This document shows, in pieces, positions 27,570 to 39,852 of a stretch of DNA of 64,000 nucleotides. The stretch's first letter is position 1. Every line of letters starts with the position of its first letter. The translations under genes were made by a program, and so were the position numbers. The DNA comes from the human T2T-CHM13v2.0 reference genome, Homo sapiens: the NCBI RefSeq assembly GCF_009914755.1, contig NC_060939.1; one strand, 5' to 3'. The notes below the pieces were generated by a model, which did no database searches, had not been told where the DNA came from, and was given only the letters and a program-made list of their open reading frames with translations.

Positions 27570-27629
27570 TTTTTTTAGAGATAAAGTCTTGATCTATTTT
27601 CCAGGCTGAGTACAGTGGTGTGATCATAG
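27570..27629 (-). mobile_element. Short AluJ/FRAM 3' fragment
   Basis: TTTTTTAGAGATAAAGTCTTGATCTATTTTCCAGGCTGAGTACAGTGGTGTGATCATAG. Confidence 0.65.
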
Positions 27630-29266
27630 AAGCCAGATAATTATTCTTTTTCTAAACTTTTATTTTATGTCCAGGGTACATATGCAGGTTTGTTATATAA
27701 GTAAACTTAGGTTATGAGGGTTTTTTGTACAGATTGCTTCATCACCCAGGTACTAAGCCTAATACACAATATTTATCTTTCCTAATGTTCTCCCTCCTTC
27801 CACCCTCTGCCCTCAAGTAGGCCACAGTTGCCTGTCCTTGCCCTCTTTGTGTCCATGTATTTTCATCATTAAGCTCCCACTTATAAATGAGAACATGTGG
27901 TATTTGGTTTTCCGTTTCTGTATTAGTTTGCTAAGGGTAATGGCTTTCAGCTCTATCCATGTTCCTGCAAAGGACATGCTCTCATTCTTTTTTATGGCTG
28001 CATAGTATTCCATGGTGTATATGTACCACATTTTCTTTATCCAATCTTCCATTGATGGCTACTTAGGTTGATTCCATATCTGTGCTATTGTGATTAGTAC
28101 TGCAATAAACATGTGCATGTGTCTTTATAGCAAGATGACTTATATTCCTTTGGATATATACCTAGTAATGAGATTGCTGAGTGAAATGGCAGTTCTGTTT
28201 TCAGCTCTTTGAGGAGTTGCCACACTGCTTTCCATAATGGTTGAACTAATTTCCATTCCCACCAAGAATGTGTAAGAAAGTCTGTTATTTTTTGACAGTT
28301 TAATAGTAGCCATTCTGACTGGTGTGAGATGGTATCTCATTGTGGTTTTGACTTATATTTTTCTGATGATCAGTGATGTTGAGCTTTTTTTAATATGCTT
28401 GTTGGCCTCATGTATGTCTTCTTTTGAAAAGTGTCTGTTCATGTCCATTGCCCATTTTTTAATCTGGTTGTTTGTTTTTTTTTCTTGTAAATTTGTTTAC
28501 GTTTCATATAGATGCTGGATATTAGACCTTTGTCAGATGCATAGCTTGTGTTTTTTTCCCACTCTATAAATTGTTTAAGCAGGGTTAGTTCAACATATGA
28601 AAATCAATAAACATAATTCATCAAATAAACAGAACTAAAGACGAAAACCACATAATTATCTCAATAGATGCAGAAAAGGCTTTTGATAAAATTCAACATC
28701 CTTTTATGTTAAAAACTCTCAATAAACTAGGTACTGTAGGAACATACCTCAAAATAATAAGAGTCTTTTATGACAAACCCACAGCCAACATCATACTGAA
28801 TCAGCAAAAGCTGGAAGAATTAGCCTTGAAATCCAGTACAAGACAAGGATGTCATCTCTCACTACTCCTATTCAGCATACTATCAGAAGTCCTGGCCAGA
28901 GCAATCAGGCAAGAGAAATAAATAAAGGGCATCCAAATAGGAAGAGAGGAAGTCAAACTATTTTTGTTTGCAGATGACATGATTTTATATCTAGAAAACC
29001 CCATAGTCTTGCCCCAACAGCTCCTTTAGGTGATAAACAACTTCAACAAAGTTTTAGGATACAAAATCGAGGTATAAAATTACTAGCATTTCTATATACC
29101 AAAAACAGCCAACCCAAGAGCCAAATTAGAAATGCAATCCCAAGCACAACTGCCACAAAAAGAATAAAATACCTAGTAATACAGCTAACCAAGGAGGTAA
29201 AAGATCTCTACAATGAGAATTACAAACCACTGCTCAAATAAATCAAAGATGATGCAAAGAAATATA

Positions 29267-29311
29267 TTAGGTTTGTGTAAAAGTAATTGTGATTTTGCCA
29301 TTACTTTTAAT
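29267..29311. mobile_element. Half MADE1 (one arm only) inside L1 ORF2
   Basis: TA-TTAGGTTTGTGTAAAAGTAATTGTGATTTTGCCATTACTTTTAAT, with the right arm absent. Confidence 0.8.
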
Positions 29312-29937
29312 TGTTTTAATAGAAACATTCCATGCTTATGGATAGGAAAAATCACTATCATTAAAACAGCCATACTGCCCAAAGCAATTGACAAATTCAA
29401 TGCTATTCCTATCAAACTACCAATGACATTCTTCTCAGAACTAGAAAAAGACTATTTTAAAATTTATATGGAACCAAAAAGGAGCCCAAGTAACCAAGGC
29501 AATCCTAAGCAAAAAGAACAAAGCTGGAGGTATCATGTTAACTGACTTCAACTCTACCACATGGCAACAGTAACAAAAACAGCATAGTACTGGTACAAAG
29601 ACATATAGACCAATGGGACAGAATAGAGAGCCCAGAAATAAGGTGACACACTTACAACCATCTGATCTTTGATGATGCTGACAAAAACAAGCAATGGAAA
29701 CAGGACCCCCTACTCAATAAATGGTGCTGGGACAACTGGCTAACCATATGCAGGAGTTGAAACTGGACCCCTTTCCTCAAATCATATATTAATATAAACA
29801 TCAACTCAAGGTAGATTGAAGATTTAGATGTAAAACCCAAAAACTATAAGAACCCTGGGAGACAACCTAGGCAACACCATTCTGGACATAGGAACTGGCA
29901 AGAATTTCATGATGATGACACCAAAAGCCACTGTAAC

Positions 29938-32513
29938 TGTTTTACTCCGGTCCATTTATCAAATGACTTGAAATGCTGCCAGTTTTGAGTGGGGTCCAGA
30001 ACAGGAGAAGGCTCTGCAACAGGCCCAGCTGTGCGAGCTGCTCTGCCACTTGGGCCATATGACCCAACAGATCCAATGGTGCTTGAGGTGTCAGTGACAG
30101 ATAGGGATGTTGTTTGGAGCCTTTGACAGGCCTCCATAGGTGAATCACAGTGGAGGTCTCTAGGATTTTGAATCAAGGCCCTGCCATCTTCTGCAGACAA
30201 CTACTCTCCTTTTAAGAAACAACTCTTGGCCTGTTATTGGGCTCTGGTGGAAACTGAAAATTTGTCTATGGGTCATCAAGTCACCATGTGACCTGAACTG
30301 CCTATTGTGAACTGGGTGCTTTCTGACATATCTAGCCATAAAGTGTGATGTGCACACCAGCATTTCATCATCAAATGGAAGTGGTTTATATATGATTGGG
30401 CTCCAGCAGGTCCTGAGGGCACAAGTAAGTTACATGAGTAAGTGACTCAAATGCCCATGGTCCCCACTCCTGCCATCCTGCCTTCTCTTCCCCAGCCTGC
30501 ACCAATGGCCTCATGAGGTGTTCCCTATGATCAGTTGACAGAGGAAAAGAAGACAAGGGCCTGGTTTACAGATGTCTTTGCATGATATGAAGGCACCACC
30601 CAAAACTGGACAGCTGCAGAAATACAGCCCCTTTCTAGGACATCCCTGAAGGACAGTGGTGAAGAATAATCTTCCCAGTGGGTAGAACTTCAAGCAGTGC
30701 ACCTTGTTGTGCACTTTTCTTGGAAGGAGAAATTGCCAGATGTGCAATTATATGCTGATTCATGAGTTGTAATCAATGGTTTGGCCAAATGGTCAGGGAC
30801 TTGAAAGAAGCATGATTGGAAAATTGGTGACAAAGAAATTTGGGGAAGAGATATGTGGATGGACCTCTCAGAGTGGTCAAAAACTGTGAAGATATTTGTA
30901 TCCCACGTGAGTACTCAGCAGAGACTTTTAATAATTGGATAGGATGATCTGTTCTTGGACACCATTGAGCCTCTTTCCCCAGCCATCCCTGTCATTGCCC
31001 AATGGGCCAATGAACAAAGTGGCCATGGTGGCAGGGAGGGAGGTCACACATGCACTTAGCAACATGAACTTCCACTCACCAAGGCTTACCTGGCTAAGGC
31101 CACTGCTGAGTGCCCAATTTGCCAGCAGCAGAGACCAACACTGAGCCCTCAATATGGCACCATTCCTCAGGGTAATCAACCAGCTACCTGGTGACAGATT
31201 GATTATATTGGACCTCTTCCATCATGGAAAGGGCAGTGGTTTGTCCTCACTGGCATAGACACTTACTCTGGATATGTGTTTGCCTATCCTGCATGCAATG
31301 CTTCTGCCAAGACTACCAGCCATGGACTCATGGAATGCCTTATCCATTGTCATGGTATTCCACGTAGCATTGCCTCTGACCAAGGCACTCACTTTATGGC
31401 TAAAGAAGTGTAGCAATGGGCTCATGCTGACAGAATTCACTGGTCTTACCATGTTCCCCATCATCCTGAAGCAGCTGGATTGATAGAATGGTGTAATGGC
31501 CTTTTGAAGTCTCAATTACAATGCCAACTAGGTGACAATACTTTGCAGGGCTGGGGAAAAGTTCTCCAAAAGTCTGTGTATGTTCTGAATCAGCGTCCAA
31601 TATTGGTACTGTTTCTCCCATAGCCAGGATTCATGGGTCCAGGAATCAAGGGGTGGAAGTGGAAGTGGCACCACTCACCATCACCCCTAATGGCCCACTA
31701 GCAAAACTTTTGCTTCCTATTCCTGTGACATTATGTTCTGCTTGCCTAGAGGTCTTAGCTCCAGAAGGAAGAATGCTGCCACCAGGAGACACAATGGTTC
31801 CATAAACTGGAAGTTAAAATTGTCATCTGGCCATTTTGGGCTCCTCTTACCTCTAAGTCAACAGGGTAAGAAGGGAGTTACAGTGTTGACTGGATAACTG
31901 ACCCAGAATATCAAGATGAAATCAGTCTACTACTCCACAATGGAGGTAAGGAAGAGTATGTTTGGAATACAGGAGCTCCCTTAGGGCGTATCTTATTATT
32001 ACCATGCCCTGTGACTAAGGTCAATGGGAAACTACAACAGCCCAATCCACAAACAGCCTAGACCCTTCAGGAATGAAGGTTTGGGTCACTCTACCAGGTA
32101 AAAAACCCATGACTTGCTGAGGTGCTTGCTGAAGGCAAAGGGAATACAGAATGGGTGGCTATTATCACGTGACCAGTTGAAGAACTGAGGATTGTAATTG
32201 TCATGAGTATTTCCTCCTCATTTTGTTAAGAACATGTTTGTGCATGTATACACTTGTACTAAGAAAATATCTTCATCTTACTCCCTTTATTTTTCCTTTA
32301 TCATGTGACATAAGATTTATTGACTTCATATCAACATTTAAGTGTTGTTAACTTTATGTAATAGCATTGGAGTTGGGGACTCATGCATTTCTGGTTGTAC
32401 AAAGGATAGCTGTATTATGTTAGGTATAATTATGTCCTTAATATTGTCTTTATTTGAAGTTTATATATGATTTCAGGAGATGTGTATGGGTTCAAGTTAA
32501 CAAGGGGTGGACT
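29938..32513 (+). pseudogene. HERV-L internal region (pol connection/RNase H, integrase, dUTPase), multiple stops and frameshifts
   Basis: Translates to ASFEWGPEQEKALQQ and AWFTD (RNase H), integrase zinc finger and DDE motifs GHGG...ECPICQQ, QIDYIGPLP, IASDQGTHF, AAGLIEWCNGLLK, then dUTPase-like LPPGDT/GHFGLL. PPT AAGGGGTGGACT before the LTR. Confidence 0.92.
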
Positions 32514-33029
32514 TGTGATGGTTAATATTGAATGTCAACTTGATTGGATTGAAGGATGCAAAGTATTGTTCCTGGGTGTGTCTGTGAGGGTGTTGCCAAA
32601 GGAGATTAACATTTGAGTCAGTGAACTGAGAAAGGCAGACCCACCCTCAATCTGGGTGGGCACCATTTAATCAGCTGCCAGTGTGGCCAGAATAAAAGGC
32701 AGACAGAAGAACATGAAAAGACTAAACTGGCTTAGTCTTCCACCTACCTCTTTCTGCTGTGCTGGATGCTCCCTGCCCTGAACATTGGACTCCAAATTCT
32801 TCAGCTTTGGACTCTTAGATCTTCAACCACAGACTGATGGCTGCACTGTTGGCTTTCCTACTTTTGAGGTTTTGAGACTCAGACTGGCTTTCTTGCTCCT
32901 CAGCTTGCAGGTGACCTATTGTGAGACCTCAACTTGTGATCCCTTGAGTTAATACTCCTTAATAAACTCCCCTTTATATATACATCTATCCTATTAGTTA
33001 TGTCCCTCTAGAGAACGCTGACTAATCCA
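32514..33029 (+). mobile_element. MLT2A2 3' LTR of the HERV-L provirus
   Basis: TGTGATGGTTAATATTGAATGTCAACTTGATTGGATTG...GGCTGCACTGTTGGCTTTCCTACTTTTGAGG...GACTAATCCA. Confidence 0.9.
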
Positions 33030-34339
33030 GCAACAAAAGCAAATATTGACAAATAGGATCTAATTAAACTTAAGCCATATACTTTTAAATAACACAATAG
33101 CTTAAGAAGATAACAAAAAAGCATTAGAAAACATATTAATTGAATGATAATTGAAATGTTACATAAAAAATAGAAAAACTTTGAGCTACACAGCTAAATC
33201 AGTTGCTTAGAAATATAGAAGTTACAATGCATAAAAGAAATAAAGTGTGGAAATTAATATAAGTATCCATCTCAAAAAGTTACTCAATAACAGCAAAATT
33301 TTTTGAATTTTCAAAGAAAATTCATAAATTGAAATAGGAAAATGACTGAAGCTGTTAATAAAAAAGATAAATGTACAATTGGGAAAATAGTAACAAATGC
33401 TTGGTCTTTGAGAAGACCAATACAATTGATAAATCCACAGCAAGGCTAATAAAAAGAAGAAATCCACAGACAATGAGTATCAAGAAGTTTTTCACAAGGG
33501 AAATCCCTGCAGATTCTAAAGACATGAAAACAATAATAAAAGTAATCTTGCAGGAAATGTAGCCAATAAATTGGACTAATTCACTTTACTACAGAAAACT
33601 GGCTTAAGAAGAAAATCTAACCCTACTTTATTAAATAAATCAAAATCGCACATAAAATGTTTTTACAAATACAGCATAAGGCCCAGATGGCTGCCTTTTA
33701 AGTTCTTTTGAAGTTTTTAAAATTAAATAGTGTCAACCTTCTAAAACTTCAGAATATATATACATATAGACACATTTTAAAAAACATATTATACACACAT
33801 TAAAAAAGACAACACTTTCCAACCCATTTTATGTGTCCAGCATGAATTTGATGTCAAAAGCTGACAATAACGTGAAAAGAAGCAAAAATTTCAGACTAAT
33901 CTCCCATTATTAACACAAATTCTACTTCAAATAATAGTAAATTGAATTTCATAATATATATAAAATATGAACATTTGAGTTATTCCATGAGTGCTAGTTT
34001 GGTCCAACATCAAGAAATAATACTACATAATACAATTCACTATATTATCAGCAGAAAACAAATCATGAAACCATTTCAACGTATACCATAAAACTCTTCA
34101 CCATTTCAGCATCTGTAATACAAACTCTTAGCAAACTGTGGAGGAAAGGAACTTGCTTATACTGATAAAGAGTTCCCACAAAATATGTTAAACTTAATGG
34201 TAAAAAACTGAATTTAATCCATCTGAGACAGTGAACCACGCAAGAATAACTTGCTATCACCACTTCTATTTAATATTATACAAGAGATAACAGCAAGTGC
34301 AGCAGGTTAAGTAATAAAAATTATAGGTAGACATGTGAA

Positions 34340-34515
34340 GCAGTTTTGAACCCAAATGTCATCCAGGAGATGACTGCAGCTGATCCCAGCCAAGCCTAGA
34401 AGAACTATAGCCTACTTGCACATCCATGAGAATGAATTAATGCTCATTGTGGCAAACAATTAAGTTTTGGATTATTTTTATGTAACATTATTTCAGCTGA
34501 AACCTGAACAATGCA
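34340..34515 (+). mobile_element. MLT1-family LTR 3' fragment
   Basis: CCCAGCCAAGCCTAG...ATCCATGAGAATGAATTAATGCTCATTG...TAAGTTTTGGATT. Confidence 0.5.
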
Positions 34516-34914
34516 GCTTTCAAAGATTTAATGGACAAATGGGTAATTCTTAACTTAAACCTGTAAACTCATAAGGCCTTTGAGAAATTGAGCTAGAAAT
34601 CATAAAAAGACAGGAGAATAAAATAATACTGGACAATTAATGTAAAATTATAGTATTTTAAATGAATTAATATATTTCTATTGCATGTCATTGTTCTATA
34701 ATTTTTCACAATTTTTTTTCTTTTTTAAAAAACATTTACTTTAAGTTCTGGATACATGTGCAAAACATGCAAGTTTGTTACAGAGGCATACACGTGTCAT
34801 GGTGGTTTGCTGCACCTATTGACCAATGCTCTAAATTCTTTCCCCTCGGCCCCCAGCCCCCAACAGGCTCTGATGTGTGTTGTTCCTCTCACTGTGTCCA
34901 TGTGTTCGCATTGT

Positions 34915-37900
34915 TCACCTCCCACTTATGAGTGAGAACATGTGGTGTATGGTTTTCTGTTCCTGTGTTACTTTGCTGAGGATGATGGCTTCCAGCTTCA
35001 TCCATGTCCCTGCAAATGACCTCATTCCTTTTAATGGCTGTGTAGTATTCCATGGTGAACATGTACCACATTTTCTTTATCCAGTCTATCATTGATGGGC
35101 ATTTGGGTTGGTTCCATGAATTTGCTATTGTAAATAGTGCTGCAATAAACATATGTGTGCATGTGTGTTTAGAGGAGAATGATTTACATTCCTTTGAGTA
35201 TATACTCAGTAATAGGATTGCTGGGTCAAAAGATATTTCTGGTTCTAGATCCTTGAGGAATCACCATACCGTCTTTCAAAATGGTTGAACTAATTTACAT
35301 TCCCACTAACAGTGTAAAAGCATTCCTGTTTCTCCACAGCCTCGCCAGCATCTGTTGTTTCCTGACTTTTTATCAAACGCCATTCTTACTGGCATGAGAT
35401 GGTATATCATTGTGATTTTGATTTCTATTTCTCTAATGATCAGTGATGTTGAACTTTTTTTTCATTTGTTTGTTGGCTTTGTAAATGTCTTCTATTGAGA
35501 AGTGTCTGTTCATATCCTTTGCCCGTTTTTTTACGGGGTTGTTTTTTTCTTGTAGGTTTGTTCAAGTTCCTTGTAAATTAGACCTTTGTCAGATGGGTAG
35601 ATTACAAAAATTTTCTCCCTTTCTGTAGGTTCCGTGTTCACTCTAATGATAGTTTCTTTTGCTGTTGCAGAAGCTCTTTAGTTTAATTAGATCTCATTTG
35701 TCAATTTTGGCTTTTGTTGCAATTGCTTTTGGCATTTTCCTCATGAAATCTTTGCCCATGCCTGTGTCCTGCATGGTATTTCCTAGGTTTTATTCTAGGG
35801 TTTCTGTGGTTTTGGGTTTTATATTTAGATCTTTAATCCATCTTGAGTTAATTATTGTATAAGGCGTAAGGAAGGGGTCCAGTTTCTGTTTTCTGCATAT
35901 GGCTAGCCAGTTTCCCAGCACCATTTCTTGAATAGGAGATCCTTTCTCCATTGCTTGTTTTTGTCAGGTTTGTCAAATACCAGGTGGTTGTAGATGTGTG
36001 GCATCATGTCTGAGATCTCTGTTCTGTTCCATTGGTCTATATGTCTGTTTTGGTATGAGTACCATGCTGTTTTGGTTACTGTAGCCACGTAGTATAGTGT
36101 TAAGTCAGATACCGTGATGCCTCCAGCTTTGTTCTTTTTCCTTAGGAGTGTCTTGGCTATACAGAGTCTTCTTTGATTCCCTATGAAATTTAAAGTAGTT
36201 TTTTTCCAATTCTGTGAAGAATGTCAATGGTAACTTGATGGGAATAGTATTTAATCTATAAATTATTTTGGGCAGTATGGTCATTTTTATAATATTAATT
36301 GCTCCTATCCATGAGGATGGAATGTTTTTCCACTTGTGTATGTCCTCTCTTCTTTCCTTGGGCAGTGGTTCTCCTTGAAGTAGTAATCTATTCTTTCACT
36401 TGAAGTAGTTCTCCTTGAAGAGGTCCTTCATGTCCCTTATAAGTTGTATTCCTAGGTATTTTATTTTCTTTGTAGCAATTGTCAATGGAAGTTCATTTGT
36501 GATTTGCCTCTCTGCTTGTCTATTGCTGATGTAAACAAATGCTTGTGATTTTTGCACATTGATTTTGTATCCTGAGACCTTGCTGAACTTGGTTATCAGT
36601 TTAAGGAGTTTTGGGGCTGAGGTTGTGGGGTTTTATAAATAAAAAGTTATGTCATCTGCAAACAGAGACAACTTGACTTCCTCTCTTCCTATCTGAATAC
36701 CATCTATTTCTTTCTCTTGTCTGATTGCCCTGGCCAGAACTTCCAATACTATGTTGAATAGGGGTGGTGAGAGAGAACATCCTTGTTTTCAAAGGGAATG
36801 CTTCCAGCTTTTGCCCATTCAATATGATATTGGCTGTGGGTTTGTCATAAATAGCTCTTATTATTTTGAGATATGTTCCATCAATACCTAGTTTATTGAG
36901 AGTTTTTAACATGAAGGAATGTTGAATTTTATCGAAGTCCTTGTCGGCATCTATTGAAATAATCATATGGTTTTTATCTTTGATTCTGTTTATGTGATGG
37001 ATTTTGTTTATTGATTTTTGTATGTTGAACTAACCTTGCATCCCAGGGATGAAGCCAACTTGTTCATGATGCATAAGTTTTTTGATGTGCGGCTGGATTT
37101 GGTTTGCCAGTATTTTATTAATGATTTTCACATAAATGTTCATCAGGGATATTGGCCAAACATTTTTTTTTATTGTGTCTCTGTCAGGTTTTGGTATCTG
37201 GCTTCATAAAATGAGTGAAGGCGGAGTCCCTCCTTTTCAGTTGTTTGGAATAGTTTCAGAAGGAATGGTACCACCTCCTCTTTGTACCTCTGTTAGAATT
37301 TGGCTTGAATCTGTCTGATCCTGGGCTTTTTTTGGTTGGTAGGCTATTGATAACTGCCTCAATTTCAAAATCTGTTTCTATTCAAAAATTTGACTTCCTC
37401 CTGGTTTAGTCTTGGGAGGGTTAATGTGTCCAGGAATGTATCCATTTCTTCTAGATGTTCTAGTTTATTTGCATAGAGGTGTTTATAGTATTCTCTGATG
37501 GTAGTTTGTATTTCTGTGCAGTCAATGGTAATATCCCTTTTTGTTTTTTAATTGCATCTATTTAATTCTTCTCTCTTTTCTTCTTTATTGGTATAGCTAG
37601 CCGTCTATCTATTTTGCTAATTTTTTCAAAAAGCCAGCTGCTGGATTCATTGGTTTTTTTGGAGGTTTATTTTGTGGGTTTTTTTGTGTTTTTGGCTCTA
37701 TCTTCTTCAATTCTGATCTGATCTTAGTTATTTCTTGCCTTCTGTTAGCTTTTAGATCAGTTTGCTCTTGCTTCTCTAGCCCTTTTAATTGTGATGTTAG
37801 GGTGTCAATTTGAGATCTTTCTAGCTTTCTGACATGAGCATTTAGTGCTATAAATTTCCCTCTTAACACTGCTTTAGCTGTGTCCCAGAGATTCTGGTAC

Positions 37901-38773
37901 ATTGTCTCTTTGTTCTCATTGGTTTCAAAGCACTTCATTATTTCTGCCTTAATTTTGTTTTTTACCCAGGAGTCATTCAGGAGCAGGTTGTTCAACTTGT
38001 ATGCAGTTGTTTGGTTTTGAGTGAGTGTGGTTGTTTGGTTTTAATCCTGAGTTCTAATTTGATTGCACTGTGGTGTGAGAGATTGTTTGTTATGATTTCT
38101 GTTCTTTTGCATTTTCTGAGGAGTGTTTTACATCCAATTATGTGGTCAATTTTACAGTAAGTGTCATGTGGCACTAAGAAGAATGTATATTCTCTTGATT
38201 TGGGGTGGAGAGTTCTGTAGATGTCTATTAGGTCCACTTGATCCAGAGCTGAGTTCAAGTCCTGAATATTCTTGTTAATTTTCTGTCTCATTGATCTAAT
38301 ATTGACAGTGGGGTGTTAAAGTCTCCCACTATTATTGTGTGGGAGTCTAAGTCTCTTTGTAGGTCTCTAAGAACTTGTTTTATGAATCTGCGTGCTCCTG
38401 TATTGGGTACATATATATTTAGGATAGTTAGCTCACCTTGTTGAATTGATCCCTTTACCATTATGTAATGCCCTTCTTTATCTTTTTTGATCTTTGCTGG
38501 TTTAAAGTCTGTTTTGTCAGAGACTAGGATTGCAACCCCTGCTTTTTTCTTGTTTTCCATTTGCTTGGTTAAGTTTCCTCCATCCCTTTATTTTGAGCCT
38601 ATGTGTGTCTTTGAAGGTGAGATGGGTCTCCTTAATAAAACACACTGATGGGTCTTGGCTCTATCCAATTTGCCACTCTGTGACTTTTAATTGGGGCATT
38701 TAAATGTAAATAGAGGTAGCCCATTTACATCTAAGGTTAGTATTGTTATGTGTAAATTTTATCCTGCAATCAT
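34915..38773 (-). pseudogene. L1 ORF2p (endonuclease/reverse transcriptase), broken into many frames
   Basis: Track fragments KAGVAILVSDKTDFK...IIVGDFNTPLS (endonuclease), [15 protein letters not shown] (RT) and [10 protein letters not shown] (C-terminus). Confidence 0.9.
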
Positions 38774-38833
38774 GATGCTATCTAGTTAGTTGGCACACTA
38801 GTTGATGCAGTTTCTTCATAGTATCATTGGTCT

Positions 38834-39852
38834 TTATATTTTGGTGTATTTTTGCCATGGCTGGTATTGCTTTTTCCTTTCCATATTTAGCACTTCCTTC
38901 AGGAACTCTTGCAAGGCAAGCCCAGTGGTGACAAAATATCTCAGCATTTACTTGTCTGGAGAGGATTTTATTTCTCCTTGCTTATGAAGCTTAGTTTGGC
39001 TGGATATGAAATTCTGGGTTGAAACTTCTTTTCTTTAAGAATGTTGAATATTGGTTCCCAATTTCTGCTGGCTTGTAGGGTTCCTGCTGAAAGGTCTGTT
39101 GTTAGTCTGATGGGCTTCCCTTTGTAGGTTACCTGGCCCTTCTCTCTGGCTGCCCTTAACATTTTTTCCTTCATTTCAATCTTGGAGAATCTGATGATTA
39201 TGTGTCTTGGGGTTGATCATCTTGTGGAGTATCTTAGTGGTTTTCTCTGTATTTTCTGAATTTGCATGTTGGCCCGTCTTGCTAGGTTGGGGGAAGTTCT
39301 CCTGGATAATATCCTGAAGTGTGTTTTCCAGCTTGTTTCCATTCTCCCCATCTTCTTCAGGTACTCCAGTGAATTGTAGGTTTGATCTTTTTACATAGTC
39401 CCATATTTCTTGGAGGCTTTGTTCATTCCTTTTTATTCATTTTTCTCTAATCTTGTCTGCATGCCTTATTTCAACAAGGTGGTCTTCAAACTCTGATATC
39501 CTTTCTTCTGCTTGGTTGATTCTGCTATTGGTATTGTATATACTTCATGAAGTCCTCGTGCCATGTTTTTCAGCTCCATCAGGTCATTTATGTTCTTCTC
39601 TAAACTGCTTATTCTAGTTTGCTGCTTCTCTAACATTTTATCAAGGTTCTTAGCTTCTTTGCATTGGGTTACAACATGCTTCTTTAGCTCAGTAGTTTTT
39701 TATTACCCATCTTCTGAAGTCTACATCTACCAATTCATCCATCTCATCCTCCATCTAGTTCTGTGCCCTTGCCGGGGAGGCATTGTGACCATTTGGAGGA
39801 GAAGAGGCACTCTGGCCTTTTGGGTTTTCAGCTTTTTTCAATTCTTTCTCAT
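38834..39852 (-). pseudogene. L1 ORF1p, disrupted
   Basis: Track fragment MKEKMLRAAREKGQVTYKGKPIRLT...FQPRISYPAKLSF at 38968-39174. Confidence 0.88.

Larger units (their letters stand above)
27645..33075 (-). mobile_element. L1PA13-15-like element with 5' inversion: minus 27645-28575, inverted plus segment 28578-29937 and 33030-33075
   Basis: The minus-strand 3' UTR and ORF2 end switch abruptly to plus-strand RT sequence (track ORF 28706-28921). The two parts are nearly contiguous in ORF2 with a gap of about 40 bp. Degenerate TSD AAGCCAGATAATT / AAGCCATATACTT. Confidence 0.8.
25240..34320 (+). mobile_element. Ancient L1M (L1ME-like) host: ORF1/EN at 25240-27560 and ORF2 remnants at 33076-34320
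   Basis: Degenerate ORF1 (AAAATCTTGTAAGCAGCCAGAGAGAAAA, CCAAACTAGAATTCTATAT) and ORF2 motifs, collinear across the younger insertions. Confidence 0.6.

Noticed and set aside
29938-32513. HERV-L integrase or dUTPase as a domesticated gene
   Set aside because: There are several in-frame stops and frameshifts, and no long sense ORF survives in the track.
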